From positions 35,340,001 through 35,404,000 of the forward strand of contig CM060733.1 of NCBI GenBank assembly GCA_030704615.1: 64,000 bases of DNA, written 5' to 3'. The translations under genes and the position numbers were made by a program. This DNA comes from Takakia lepidozioides. Its lineage: Eukaryota; Plantae; Bryophyta. Shown piece by piece: positions 50,801 to 62,750 of this stretch. Position 1 is the first letter of the stretch. The number at the start of each line of letters is the position of its first letter. The notes beneath the pieces were generated by a model. The model was not told the origin of the DNA, ran no database searches, and worked only from the letters and a program-made list of their open reading frames with translations.

Positions 50801-51334
50801 TTGAGCAATGATTGGGCCAGACACTATGATAGGAGACTTTGCGGTAGTACCTTGTAATCTTTTCATCTCCTCTACTAGTGCGTTGTACATTATGTCCGCC
50901 CATTGTACCTCTTGTCCCTTCAGGCCTTTGAGTATTTCCTCTGTGAAGGATCTGCTCAAATATTGTTGGTTCTGTTTCAGGGCAATCAGAACGTTCAATA
51001 CCTGGCCTATCTCTTTTAACCCTGGGTACACAGCTTTGGTACAAGCATAACCCTGAGTTTTAAAGAAACTCCCTTCTTGGAATAAGTCCCCTATTTGCAG
51101 TCTTGCCCTGTGTTCCTCCACATGCACCTGACCTGCTGGCAATCGAAACAATTGCTGGAGGTATAGGGGAGTAATCATTAATTCAACTCCCTTCACCGTT
51201 GTTGTTCCTGTCCTTGGCTCAAAGTTCTGCAAAAATTGTAACATGTACTGTCTATGGTGTAGTGTCCAATCTAGGCTTTGCAATCCTTCCAATCTCAGCT
51301 CCTCCAGTATCTTTATCGCCTGTGGGGTAGCCAT
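47850..51334 (-). CDS. 3' extra ORF (~1150 aa if the shift near 49530-49560 is corrected): N-terminal plant-transposon-protein-like domain, coiled coil, conserved globular domain, R/S-rich tail
   Basis: ORFs 49364-52063 and 47850-49526; probable start MATPQAIK at 51334; homologue at 29334-30776. Confidence 0.75.
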
Positions 51335-52089
51335 CGTTTGTTTCTGCAGAATTGTGGTGCTCTTCACCCTGATTTCCTCCATTCCTCTCACTCTCTTCAT
51401 TTTAGACTCACAGAACTGCTTTGGCTGTAACAACTGCAGGAATGCCTGTAGTGCACAAAGCATAAACGTATGGTTGCCGCAGAAAGCTATGGGTAATTTC
51501 TTGTAAGCCTGCGGGGCTTGCAAGCATTGCTCAAGAGAAAAGCTCTGCTCTGTCCTTTCGTGTCTATGCCACTGCGTAAGTAATATTGCGAGCGTATAGT
51601 CTGTTAGTTCCTCCATAGTTTCCAAGTTATAGCATTTATGGCCTGTCCTGTCGAGACGCCCGTTACTCAGAACGACGCCGCCTCTTGCGCTCAATTTCCC
51701 TCCATTTTCTTGATCCTTTCTCTGGTTTTCTATTGGCTGTATCCGCTGTGACTGGATTTTAAATTTTATCTTCTTTAGTGGACTTTCCCTCTTGGATAGT
51801 CCACTAGGATCACACATGTGACAAGAATTCGGCTTTTCTGTACTTGCCGTTCGTTCCGTTTCCCTTTTTCCGTACTCATTAATGGGCCTGGCTTTCATCC
51901 CTTTTGACGGCCGTTCTTGTCTTCTTTCTTTTTGACACCTGTCCTTGCACTTCATTGTCTGCTGTGTGTCGCGCCCTGACCTCCACGTGTCTATTTTTAA
52001 AGTAATTTCCGTTTCCTCTTCCGTCATCCATTTTCCTGAAGTTATTATGTGTCCACTTGTCACTGATTCTATGGATGGTGTAACTTTAG

Positions 52090-52392
52090 TAGGCTGTGTT
52101 GAGCTGTGACAGGCTGTGTCATACTGTGTTACGCTGTGATAGGCTGTGATGCACTGTGGTAAGCTGTGATAGGCTGTGACACGCTGTGGTAGGTTGTTAT
52201 AGGCTGTGTTGCCCGTGCTGGGCTGTGATAGGCTGTGTTGCGCCTTGCTGGGCTGTGATAGGCTGTGTCACGTCGTGATGGGCTGTGGTTGGCTGTGTCA
52301 CGTCGTGATGGGCTGTGATAGGCTGTGTCACGTCGTGATGGGCTGTGGTTGGCTGTGTCACGTCGTGATGGGCTGTGATAGGCTGTGTCACG
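52090..52392. repeat. GGCTGTG-based 10/30-bp tandem repeats at the end of pol
   Basis: ggctgtgtcacgtcgtgatgggctgtgata units; same core as the LTR repeats. Confidence 0.9.
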
Positions 52393-55300
52393 TTTGTTTT
52401 GCCCCCCTGGTCATATATGCTGGGCCTAGCGACAAGTGTTCCATACTCCGTTCGTAACACTGGTGCAGCCCGTGACTGCTCTTGCGGTTCAACATGCAAA
52501 TCATGCTGCAGGGGTTTGTCATGGATACCACTGTACCCCTTCAACTTATTTGCATTGACTCTTCCCAGCATTTCTTTGTTAATGGTTTGTAACATGGCGG
52601 TGTTGTTATCATACATCTTTTGTATGACATAAGGTCCTTTCCACGGTGATTTAAGCTTAGAAGCTTGAATCTTTCCTTTCTTCTGCAACCATAGAACCAA
52701 ATCCCCCGTCTTAAAAGTCTTTAACTTGCCTTCATCAAACTGTTCCTTTCGCTTCATCTGAATTCTGGTCATATTATCAGCTGCATCAGCACGTACTTCT
52801 TCCACATGGTATAATTCATGTTTCCTGACCTTGATGGAGTCTTGCAATTCCATTCTTTTTCCCCACTCCGTTCTCATGGTAGGTAACAGGAATTCCACTG
52901 GAAGTAAGGCTTCCATACCATAAACTAATTGGAATGGTGTATACTTAGTGGTGACTTTATATGAAGTCCTGTATGACCATAAAGCTGTCAGCAGCTTTGT
53001 ATCCCAATCCGTTCTGTTTGCATTGACTATCTTAGCCAAGATAGTACATAGTATTTTGTTGGTAGCCTCTGCCTGCCCATTACCCTGTGGGTAATATGTT
53101 GTACTCTTTCTATGCACAATCATAAACTCTTTAGTCAACAACTCAATGGTCTCATTCATGAAGTGACTTCCTTGATCACTGATAAATTCTAAGGGACAGC
53201 CAAATCGTGTAAGTATGTTCTCGTACAGGAACCTTGCTGTGGACTTGGCTGTGTTGTCCCTCAAAGCTTTAGCTTCCACCCACTTTGTAGTATAATCAGT
53301 GGCTGTAATTATGTACCTGTTTCGTGTATTCTTGGATGGTGGATTAATTGGTCCAACAAAGTCTAGTCCCCATTTCTGAAATGGTTCCGTAGGCATTGTA
53401 GGATGCAAGGCCATCCTTCCAGATCTCTGCAAAGGTCCTAGCCTCTGACATTCATCACACTTCTGACAATACTCGTGTACATCTTTGAACAAAGTAGGCC
53501 ACCAGTATCCTGCGAGTAGTATCTTTCTACTGGTAGTCTCTTCTCCAAAATGACCTCCAGCCACTCCTTTATGAACTTCCTCCAAGACTTTATTTACTTC
53601 ATGGTGGTACAAGCATCGTTTTAGTACTCCATCAGGTCCTAACTTATACATTCTGCTTCCTACCATAGTATAAGGTAAAGCTTTGATAGCAATTCTCTTC
53701 CTCTGCTCCTTACCATAACTAGGTGGGCACTGACCATGAGCAAGGTAGTATCTGATTGGCCACTGCCAATCTAACCATTCATCTGCACTTCCTTGCACCT
53801 CCATTACAAATAAACTCGCATCAGGTAACTGATCGTCCACTCCTGTGGCGGCCTCTCCTGTTGTTAGTCGTGACAAATGATCTGCCACAAGATGCAAACG
53901 GCCAGGCTTGTAAATAACCTCGAACTCAAACTCATGCAAGATTATTAACCACCTCGCTATCCTTCCACTTATCAAAGGTTTGTTCACCAGATATATCAGA
54001 GCCTGGTGATCCACATAAAACATAAACTTTCTTCCCAATAGGTAATGCCTGAATTTCTTGACTGCATAAATCATTGCCAATGCTTCTCTTTCCGTTGTGC
54101 TATAGTTCCTCTCAGCACTGTTCATCAACGGCTAGCATAGTACACAGGTGAATCTATATTCCCTGTAACATTCTGGGCTAACACCGCACCCAACGCTTCT
54201 CCTGATGCATCGCAGTGAACATGAAATACTACATGCCAGTGAGGGTTAATCAGCACAGGTGTAGTTGTTACTGACAGTGTAAGTTCCTCAAACGCCTGTT
54301 GACATTCAGCTGTCCAGGCAAACACTGCATCTTTCTTCAGAAGCTTGCTCAATGGTGCTGCTATTTGTGCATACCTTTTGACAAATCTTCTGTAATAACT
54401 GGTTTGCCCAAGGAATCTTCGTAGACTTTTAACATTCACTGGGGGTGGAGAGGCTTTAATGGACTCTGTCTTCCTGGGATCCACAAGGAGTCCCTTCTTA
54501 CACACAATGTGTCCCAGAAGCACCCCTGAGTTCACACAGAAAGTACACTTCTCTGGATTCAGGCCCAGACCTCTCATCCTGCATCTGGCCAAACATAACT
54601 CCAATTTATGCAAGTGCTCACTCTTAGAGCTGTACACACTGAAATCATCCAAGAATACCTGCATGAAATCATCCAGATACTCATGAAAAGATTCACTTAT
54701 CACTCTCTGAAAGGTCGCTGGTGCATTACAAAGTCCAAAGGGCATGACTTTGTATGCATAAGCCCCCCAGTCTGTGATGAAAGCTGTTTTCCCTTGGTCT
54801 TCTTCTGCCACTTGCACTTGATTATAACCACTGAAGCCATCCATGAATGAGTACATCTCATGGCCTGCCACAGTGTCTAATACTGCTTCTGTGAATGGCA
54901 AAGGGAAAGGATCTTTCTTCGTACAAGCATTCAGCTTCTTATAGTTTACACATACTCTTAGTTTGCCATTCTTCTTGGGAACTATAACAATGGGTGACAA
55001 CCAAGTTGTATACTCTATTGGGTATATAAACTTAGCCTCAGCCAACTTCTTTATCTCTTCTCCAACCTTCTGTGCGTAGTTGGGATTCCTACCTCGCCTG
55101 CTTGATTGGTACTGACCCTGGTTCCAGTTCAATCTTATGCTGACAGACTTCAGGTGGTATCCCTTTTAGATCCTCATAGCTCCAAGCAAATACATCTCTG
55201 TATTTGATGAACAAGCTTTTAGCTTCTTCGAAGAATTCCGGCTCCAAATCAGCTCCTACTTTCACCATTCTCGGTTCCTCCTGAGTTCCCACATTTACTT

Positions 55301-56216
55301 CTCTCACCTGCTCATCAGCTGTGATTGTCCAACCAGTCACCACTTCATCCTTTAAGCTCACAGTGGCTGGTTCTTCTAGGATTTCTATCTCTCCCTCCTT
55401 TTCTTCATAGAAATGTGGTGGGTAACTGCTGGTTTCCTCTTCAATTGGTGTTGCCGACACTACACCACAGCAGATACCTCTTAAACAACTTAGGCTTTCC
55501 AGCCGCATCTCCGCAACCTGCTCCCACTCTGGGTGTGCAGCAAATAGGGTAGCTTCCTGCTCCTCATCCAGTCCTCCTCTCCAGTCATACTCTCTGACTC
55601 CTCGAGGTCTTCTTGTAGCAGGTAATCTACTAGATTTCTTTGTGGTAATTTGTATCTCGTGCATCCCATTATGCACAGTTAGTAACTGAGAATTCCAGTC
55701 ATGGAATACCCTGGCCTATTTCAGCCACGGACGTCCCAATAATAAGGAGTAAGCCTCCATGACTTCATCCATTTTTAATACAGTTACTGTGATCATAAAG
55801 ATCATTTTCTGTATCTGTATCTTAACTCCTCTTATTAATCCCAATGGCTGCACACTTCTTTGATCTGCCATTGTTACTGTAAATGGGGCTGGTTTCATGT
55901 TACTTAGACCAAGCTTCTTCCTTAATTGGTCTGTCATGATATTTACTCCAGAACCACCATCTATCAGTACATCAGTTAGTTCTGTGCTTCCAATTCTCAA
56001 TTGGATTACTGGCATAGAATCATCAAAGTCCATGACTGGTTCTCGTCCTTCCGACTTCACATTATAACTGGTCACCTTGCTGTTCAGGTCTGTGTTTCCT
56101 GTCTCTTGGGCAATTCGATTGATTGCCTGATACAGCCTGTGCCTACAATAAGGTGCCACAGCTAATAGCTGTCCAATGGTAATTTCTGCTTTGGTCTGAC
56201 ATATTACTGCAGCCAA
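52197..56216 (-). CDS. pol: Gypsy pol (protease, RT, RNase H, integrase) with frameshifts and one in-frame stop
   Basis: LIDGGSG; MDGFSGYNQ; MPFGLCNAPATFQR; FLDDF; CDASG; TEREALA; HHCC; WGLDFVG / SDQGSHF / GQAE; WKGPY. TAG at 55716-55718. Confidence 0.95.
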
Positions 56217-56574
56217 AGTCTCTCATTACTTTGCATGTCTGTTCTTCTTTTTTCCTTTCTTCCTCACTCCCTTCTTTTTCTCCATCCGAATCAGAGGAAT
56301 CTGCCACAGGAATATCAGTACTCTTTTGCATTTCCCTTTATAGTATCTGCCACTTCCTTGTGCAGTTCCTTCTCATCTTTCCAAGTCTCTTCATCTTCAA
56401 GCATATCATTGCCACTTCCAGTCTCATCTTCTTCCTCTTCTACTGGAGGTATTAGTTTGGCTTTACTTCTTGTTACTATCATTGTACTTACTTCTGATAC
56501 AACACATGGCCTAACCATGTGAGCTGCCACCACTGGGCCCTCATTCACAGGAGCTCTCATCTCATTCTGGTGTC

Positions 56575-58514
56575 TTATCCAGAATGAACAGGCTGCCTTG
56601 CGATGTCCTGGCTGATTACAATAGTAACATAGCTCTTCACCATTGGGTCCTCGCCCTTGGTCTGTTCTTGGATTATTTCTATAATCCTGATTCCCGGGCT
56701 GGTAATTCCCCTTGGATTACCCTGATAGTTGCCCCTGGAATTTCCTTGGTAATTCCCTCTTGAATTACCTCTCCCTTCCATGCCATTGTTATAACCACCA
56801 GACCTACCATAGTGGTCCTGATCATTGTTTCTTCTTGGCTGGGGCTGCACCTGATGCACCCTTACTTGCCTAGGTTCTCTTGCAGCTGTCCTTCTGTTAT
56901 AGTAACAATTCTCAGTAGAATGGTTATCCATTTTACAGATAGTACAGTGTTCTCCTTCATGTGGCATTCTGTGGTGGTATGGCCTTCATTCTGGCACTTT
57001 GCACACCATACACCCTTCCTCCAATGTGTTGCAGCCTCTGTGGCATACTTCTTCAAGATTTCTTCCAATTTTTTCATAATTATCCCTCTTCAACTTCTTC
57101 TTTCTCTTACTTTCTTTTTAGTTCTTGCTCTTCTTCTTCATCTGACTCATCTCAGAGTCCTCATTCTCTTTTTTCTCTCTCCTGAGCATTCCCAATTGCT
57201 CAATTCTGTTCGCAGTTTCAAATGCCTCCTCCACTGTGTTAGGGGGTAACATATCCACTTTCTTTTGCAACTCTGGTCTTAATCCACTCACAAACCAAGT
57301 CTTCTGTAAACCGGGCGCTGGTACTGCAGCCAGCTTTTTCATCATCAATTCCATCTTGTCCATATACTCTTCAACAGTTTCATGCTTCTTCTGCTTCAGC
57401 TGTTGTAAACTTCCATACACTTCATCCTCAGTTTTACTTGTCCTGAACCTATTTCGAAATGCTGTATTCAAGCCATTCCAGGTTAGGAAATGATTATCAG
57501 GGAATCTTGCATACCATTCACTTGCTTTCTTGATAAGTGAACAAGGAAACAGTCTCATCTTGGCATCATCGCCATTCTCATTGTTCACTATACACATGTG
57601 CTCAAATTGGCTAATGTGTACATCGGGATCCCCTTTTCCTGAATATATTGGAAAGGTGGTTTTGCCCGTGTTGGTTGTAACGCCATCTGTGGCCCTACCT
57701 TCTGCCCACTGACAGGTGCTGGCACCCTTGCTGGTGCTGGTCCCTCTGGACCTGTTGTTTTGTGGTGGATCTTCCACCAAGTGGTGGCCCTTGAGCACTC
57801 CTTGCTTCTGGTCCACGATATTCACAGTATTCCCAGCTTCAGTTGCACTACTTCCCACACTCCCTGTCCCCCCAGAGCCAGATCCAGGCAGCCCGCCTGA
57901 TCCCCCTGAGCCGACACCTTCATTGGCCTGTGATCCAAGTGCTCCACTTGATCCGGTCCAACGGGTTGGGATGTCCTGGTTGTAGTCTCAACCTCAGCTG
58001 TTGGGTCTACTTCTTCATATTGTTCCTCTTCTAATTTCTTCTCTCTGTTTTCATCCTCCAAGTTCTGCCCTTGGGTTTCTTCTTCACTCATGAACTCAAC
58101 TGTAATGTGTGGAGAGAGAGTCTGAACTCTCCGTTGGCTTGCCACATCCTTTTCTCCTTCTTCATCTTTTGCTTCAGAAACTGGAGTTCCTGCTTTTGGT
58201 GTTCCATGCCAACTCTTATCAAAGATTTCTGTCAAGTCTTTTATCCCAAGGATGTATCAGATTTTCACCTCGTGATTGATCTTTCCTGTAGCAATTCCCT
58301 TAATCTTTCTTGCAAAGAAGAAACAGAAGGAGTGGCATCCAACTCTAGTTCTTCCGGTATAGGTGATGCACTCTTTGATCTTGATGGTGTGAGAGGTCCG
58401 GATGATTCCCCTATGTCTATTCCTCTCTCCCAAAGATATGGATAAATTAGCTTTCAGATAGCTTTTCTCTTTTTGCTGAATATCCTGTCGTCTAGCTTCT
58501 CTTTCATCACTCAT
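56575..58514 (-). CDS. gag: Gypsy gag (frameshifted) with three CCHC zinc knuckles
   Basis: FPIYSGKGDP...LFPCSL...ASEWY...LKQKKHETVEEY; CAKCQNEGHTTTEC, CTICKMDNHSTENC, CYYCNQPGHRKAAC. Confidence 0.88.
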
Positions 58515-59105
58515 GTCCCATGTCTTTCATTTCTTTTAATGTGGCAATAACCAAAACTCTCTTCTGTAATATCTCTCGTATATGCCTGGGTTTCTTTCAA
58601 GCTTCAATGCACCCTTGGCTATACTTGAAGTCTCCGTTACCATATATAACCATATGGCAAACAAGTCTGAAAAGCTGTTCTTGGTGTGAGTTTGATCCAC
58701 CAAAATATCCTTTGGAATCCAATTCTTAACCTGTACACGCTCTTCATGCATATGAGTATAACACTTCACCTTTCTTTCTTCCCAGCTTTCAAACTCTACT
58801 CGTTTAATGGATAGCAATGCTATCACATAAACCATGTTTGGTAACCAAACGTGCTCTTCCTCTACAGGGCTACCTGATAATCTTTATCACTCCTTTTCTC
58901 CAGACCACATTCTGGATCAGCATCATGCACTCGTTTAAGAATATTTTCTTTACAACCGTCTGGCAATTCCAAGAACCTTTGAAAGAATCGTTTGGACAAT
59001 CTTTCTTCCTTCGTTCCACAGGGAATTTGATTCACTTCAAATTCTTTAATGGTCCAACCACCATGATCCCACAGATGCCTGTCACATCTGGTTGTTCATG
59101 TCCAG

Positions 59106-59124
59106 GTCCCCAGTATGGTCGCCA
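59106..59124 (-). other. Primer-binding site TGGCGACCATACTGGGGAC (tRNA-Arg-like)
   Basis: 2 nt from the 5' LTR; starts TGG; TGGCGACCA is complementary to the ...TGGTCG-CCA end of plant tRNA-Arg. Confidence 0.7.
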
Positions 59125-59126
59125 AC

Positions 59127-60205
59127 TGTCGCGCGGCTTTTTCTCAACCATCCTTCGCTATCCGAGGCGGAAACTCCAAGATAGAAGAGTTGGAAATCTC
59201 TAAGTACTCAGCCGGCGCAGAACAATCAGTCATGACCTACAGCTAGTGTATCATGGGGGTGGTTCCTATTTGTTTCCCTTTCCGCATTCATCTTAGCTAC
59301 CTTACCCATTGATAATTAAGTATCAGTTTGCTTCAACTATCAGTTTCCTTCACTCTTTCATTCAATCCACAGCTTTCACTCAGATCTCTCTACACAGTGT
59401 GATTGTATCGCATAAGTATCAGATTATGATTTATCAGGTATTCAGGCCGAAGCCATTATGTCTCTAATCTGCTCTCTACAATATCACTACCGCTTTGCAT
59501 ATAAAAAAGCATCTACTAATCCTCTTTCCTCCTTCACCGGTGCTCTCCATTCTTTATTGCTTCCGATCTCCCGCTCCAGCCCTGACCTAAGAAGTCCTCC
59601 TCGAATAATGATCCCCCCCAATTCCACCGTTTTTCCCTTTATCTCCTATCCGCGTTCTAACCGTTTCCCTCACTAACCGTCGTCTGTGGAACTAACATGT
59701 TACCTTCGCAGGTGTTGTTTCCCCACAGTCGTTCCTTGTCCTACTCTTCGTTCCCTATGATCGTGACAGCTGTGTCAAGCTGTGACTGGCTGTGTGAAAC
59801 TGTGACGGGCTGTGACGGGCTGTGTCGGCTGTGTTGCTGTGCCGGGCTGTGTCGGCTGTGTCGGCTGTGTCTGCTGTGACGGGCTGTGAGGGGCTGTGTC
59901 GGCTGTGACGGGCTGTGTCGGGCTGTGTCGGCTGTGTTGGCTGTGTTGGCTGTGTCGGCTGTGTCGGCTGTGACTGGCTGTGTTGGCTGTGTAGGCTGTG
60001 ACTGGCTGTGTGGCTGTGTCGGCTGTGACTGGCTGTGTGGCTGTGTCGGCTGTGTCGACTGTAACGGGCTGTGTTGGCTGTGTAACCCCCTTCTACAGTG
60101 CGCTGCTGTCACCCCTAAGGCTCATGTTGGTCTTAGTGTGTGCAAAAATTAAGGGTACCCTACAGATCCCGTATAAGTGTCTAAGTCCCCTACAGTCCTC
60201 TAACA
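59127..60205 (-). repeat. 5' LTR (1079 bp)
   Basis: Matches 46750-47812; followed by TSD GTCCC. Confidence 0.95.
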
Positions 60206-60385
60206 GTCCCCAACAATATCTTATTGCATTTTCCAGATGGCACCGAGGAGATCAAGATTGGGGTGTGTGATTGGGGCTTAGCCACCCCATTGGGCATACG
60301 CAAAGCCTTGCCGTACCAGTTTGAAAACTAAGACAAGCTGGACCGGGAACTCGCGAAAAGATGGTGGGTGGAAAAAGATATTGCA
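60206..60385 (+). pseudogene. Protein kinase continuation (subdomains VIb-VIII)
   Basis: (LS)PNNILLHFPDGTEEIKIGVCDWGLAT...KRWWV, in frame across the TSD. Confidence 0.85.
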
Positions 60386-62369
60386 TCGGTTTTCAATGCG
60401 AATGTCTTTTTTTCCCCCCCCCAGGACATGACGTCGGAGGCCTTTGCCGTTGGGAAGATAGCGGTACGAATAAATGATGGCGTTCATTATGATCAAAGTA
60501 TGTTCAAAGACCAATTTACGGGAGGTTGTTGACATTCAATGCTACAAAAGTTGTACGACAACAACAAAAATGAGAGAGTCACATTAGCCCATGTAGTATT
60601 TCGGCTCATGGGCAAGCTTTTCAATTGGCCTAAGCCGAAAGACGTATATAGGACGGAGTAAACCATAGTTTCGTAGATATGAGATTTGTGGTGGTACAAT
60701 GGTTCTTTTATGAAGACAGAACTTAATTTTGATCGTGCATGTAATAAATGAACTCTCATTGTAAATACTACATTGCATATGCTCGACCCTGACACATGTC
60801 ATCGCAATATGAATGGTTTGTGTATTGTCTCACTGTTTATATTTGTAATGTTCCAACGTTTTCGGTAGGGTTCTAAGAAAACTATGTATTAGTTCCGTAG
60901 GAGTTAAACAACAAACGTCTCACATCTCAGTCGGATGTGCGACACTACCATGAGAGGCATGGATCGGAAACTAATAGGGGCACATGCGACCTCCGAAGTC
61001 CAAACGTTTGAACTTTGATACTAGGTCCAGCAAATGGTCTACTTGAATGTCTGGAGGTCGCATGTACACCTATTATTTTTTTATCCATGCCACTCATGGT
61101 AATGCCAACATTTGAATGAGATATGGAACGTTTGTTGTCTAACTCGTATATAACCAATATATCATTTTATCAGTACCCTGTCAAAAACATTGAAACATTC
61201 GAAGTTACAAACAATGACACAATACACGGCCGGTTTTGTTGACTTGACCTCTGTGAGGTTCGAGCGTATGCAATTTATTATTTACAACAAAACTTTATTT
61301 ACTCGGGGGGACCGGTGCTGTTGTAGGAGCGCAACTGATGGTGCGAGTTCTTTATTGATTGGAGCTGTCACAACCAATGTCAACAATCATATTTACGGTA
61401 AGGTGTTTCATGCTATTATTGTTCATCTAGCTGAATTCTATAATACTTTTTTTGTTATTCTCATGCCAACAACATCAGGTCCTGTGAGACTGTCATGTTC
61501 AAGCGAATGTATCAGCCATCCCGGCCAGCTTGCAGGCTGCAGGCACGACACACCATAAATTGAATGAATTGGAGATTTTGTGCAAAGTTCCTGGTTTCAT
61601 GTCCGTGGTGGCTGATACGGAATTCGGAATATGGCAGTCCCAGTGGACGTGATGTTGTTGGCATGGGAGTAGCAAAACGATTCCTAAAGAATTCAGCTAC
61701 ATGAGCATCGACAGTATGAAACATCTTGCAGTACATATGATTCTTGAGATTGTTTGCACGGATTATTTGTGTTTGTGCCTTCAAGTGGCCAACATTTCCG
61801 CCATGGTACGGAAGAGGTGCATCGGCCACATTAAACGGTTGATGTGATATCATTTCACAAATGTATCACATGAACCGTTCCATGTGGCATACGGGAGTCT
61901 TCGATGGGTACAAAATCAATGTGGCCTACGAGATCAGCTTCCACCAACAAATATGTGATCATTTATAAGCGCTTGAAGCGACGATTGGCAAGATTAATCA
62001 TCCAGATGTTCAACATGCTGAGGTCTTCTGTAATGTCTCTTGCTTCGTAATGAGGTACTTCTCCAACTCTTATTTTCCCAACGTTGACATTCTCCATCTA
62101 GAACATATCCACACATGCGTATATAAATACTTAAAAAACCAAATGACCATCAAAACTGGAAGTTGCGGACGAGGCTTATAAAAATGGAGACGGTCATTTG
62201 CCTATTTAAGGATTTCTGCTCACATATGTGTATGTGTTCCAGGTGGAGAACATCAACATATTGGATAAAGTGGACATGGAGAAGCACCCCATTACGAAGC
62301 ATGAGACACTACAAAAAGAGCTTCAAAGGGCATACCATGTAACAGGTCCCAGTATAATCAAAGACGAAA

Positions 62370-62750
62370 CCCCATTCATTCAATGGGCGATTGAATGGTT
62401 GCCCATCCAAATGATTTTCGTTTGCTTTCAATCTTTGCCACTCTGTTCAACATACCATGTATCAGGTCCCGGACTAATATGAGATCAATCGAAATTCATT
62501 CGATGGCTCAACGGATGGTTGGCCATCGAAATGATTTTAGTTCAGTTTGAGACTTGGCCACTATGTTCAATGTGCCATATAAGAGGCCCCAGAGTAATAT
62601 GAGATCAATCGAAATTCATTCAATAGGCCAACGGATGGTTGCCCATCCAAATAATTTTCGTTCGCTTTGAGACTTGGCCAGTGTGTTCAATGTACCCTCT
62701 GATACGTCCCAGTGTAATATGAGATCAATTGAAATTTGTTCAATAAGCCA
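62370..62750. repeat. 120-bp tandem repeat, ~3 copies, related to 32455-33945
   Basis: gagatcaat at 62481, 62601 and 62721; shares CAATCGAAATT.ATT and CAAATGATTTT blocks. Confidence 0.85.

Larger units (their letters stand above)
46750..60205 (-). mobile_element. Full-length Ty3/gypsy LTR retrotransposon (non-chromovirus; no chromodomain or second RNase H seen) with 3' extra ORF
   Basis: 5-bp TSD GTCCC (46745-46749, 60206-60210); LTRs with TG...CA; PBS; PPT; gag-PR-RT-RH-IN order. Confidence 0.97.

Noticed and set aside
51335-52063. N-terminal 240 aa of the 899-aa ORF call
   Set aside because: It starts at a non-ATG codon in promoter/UTR-like sequence; protein-like composition begins near MATPQAIK at 51334.
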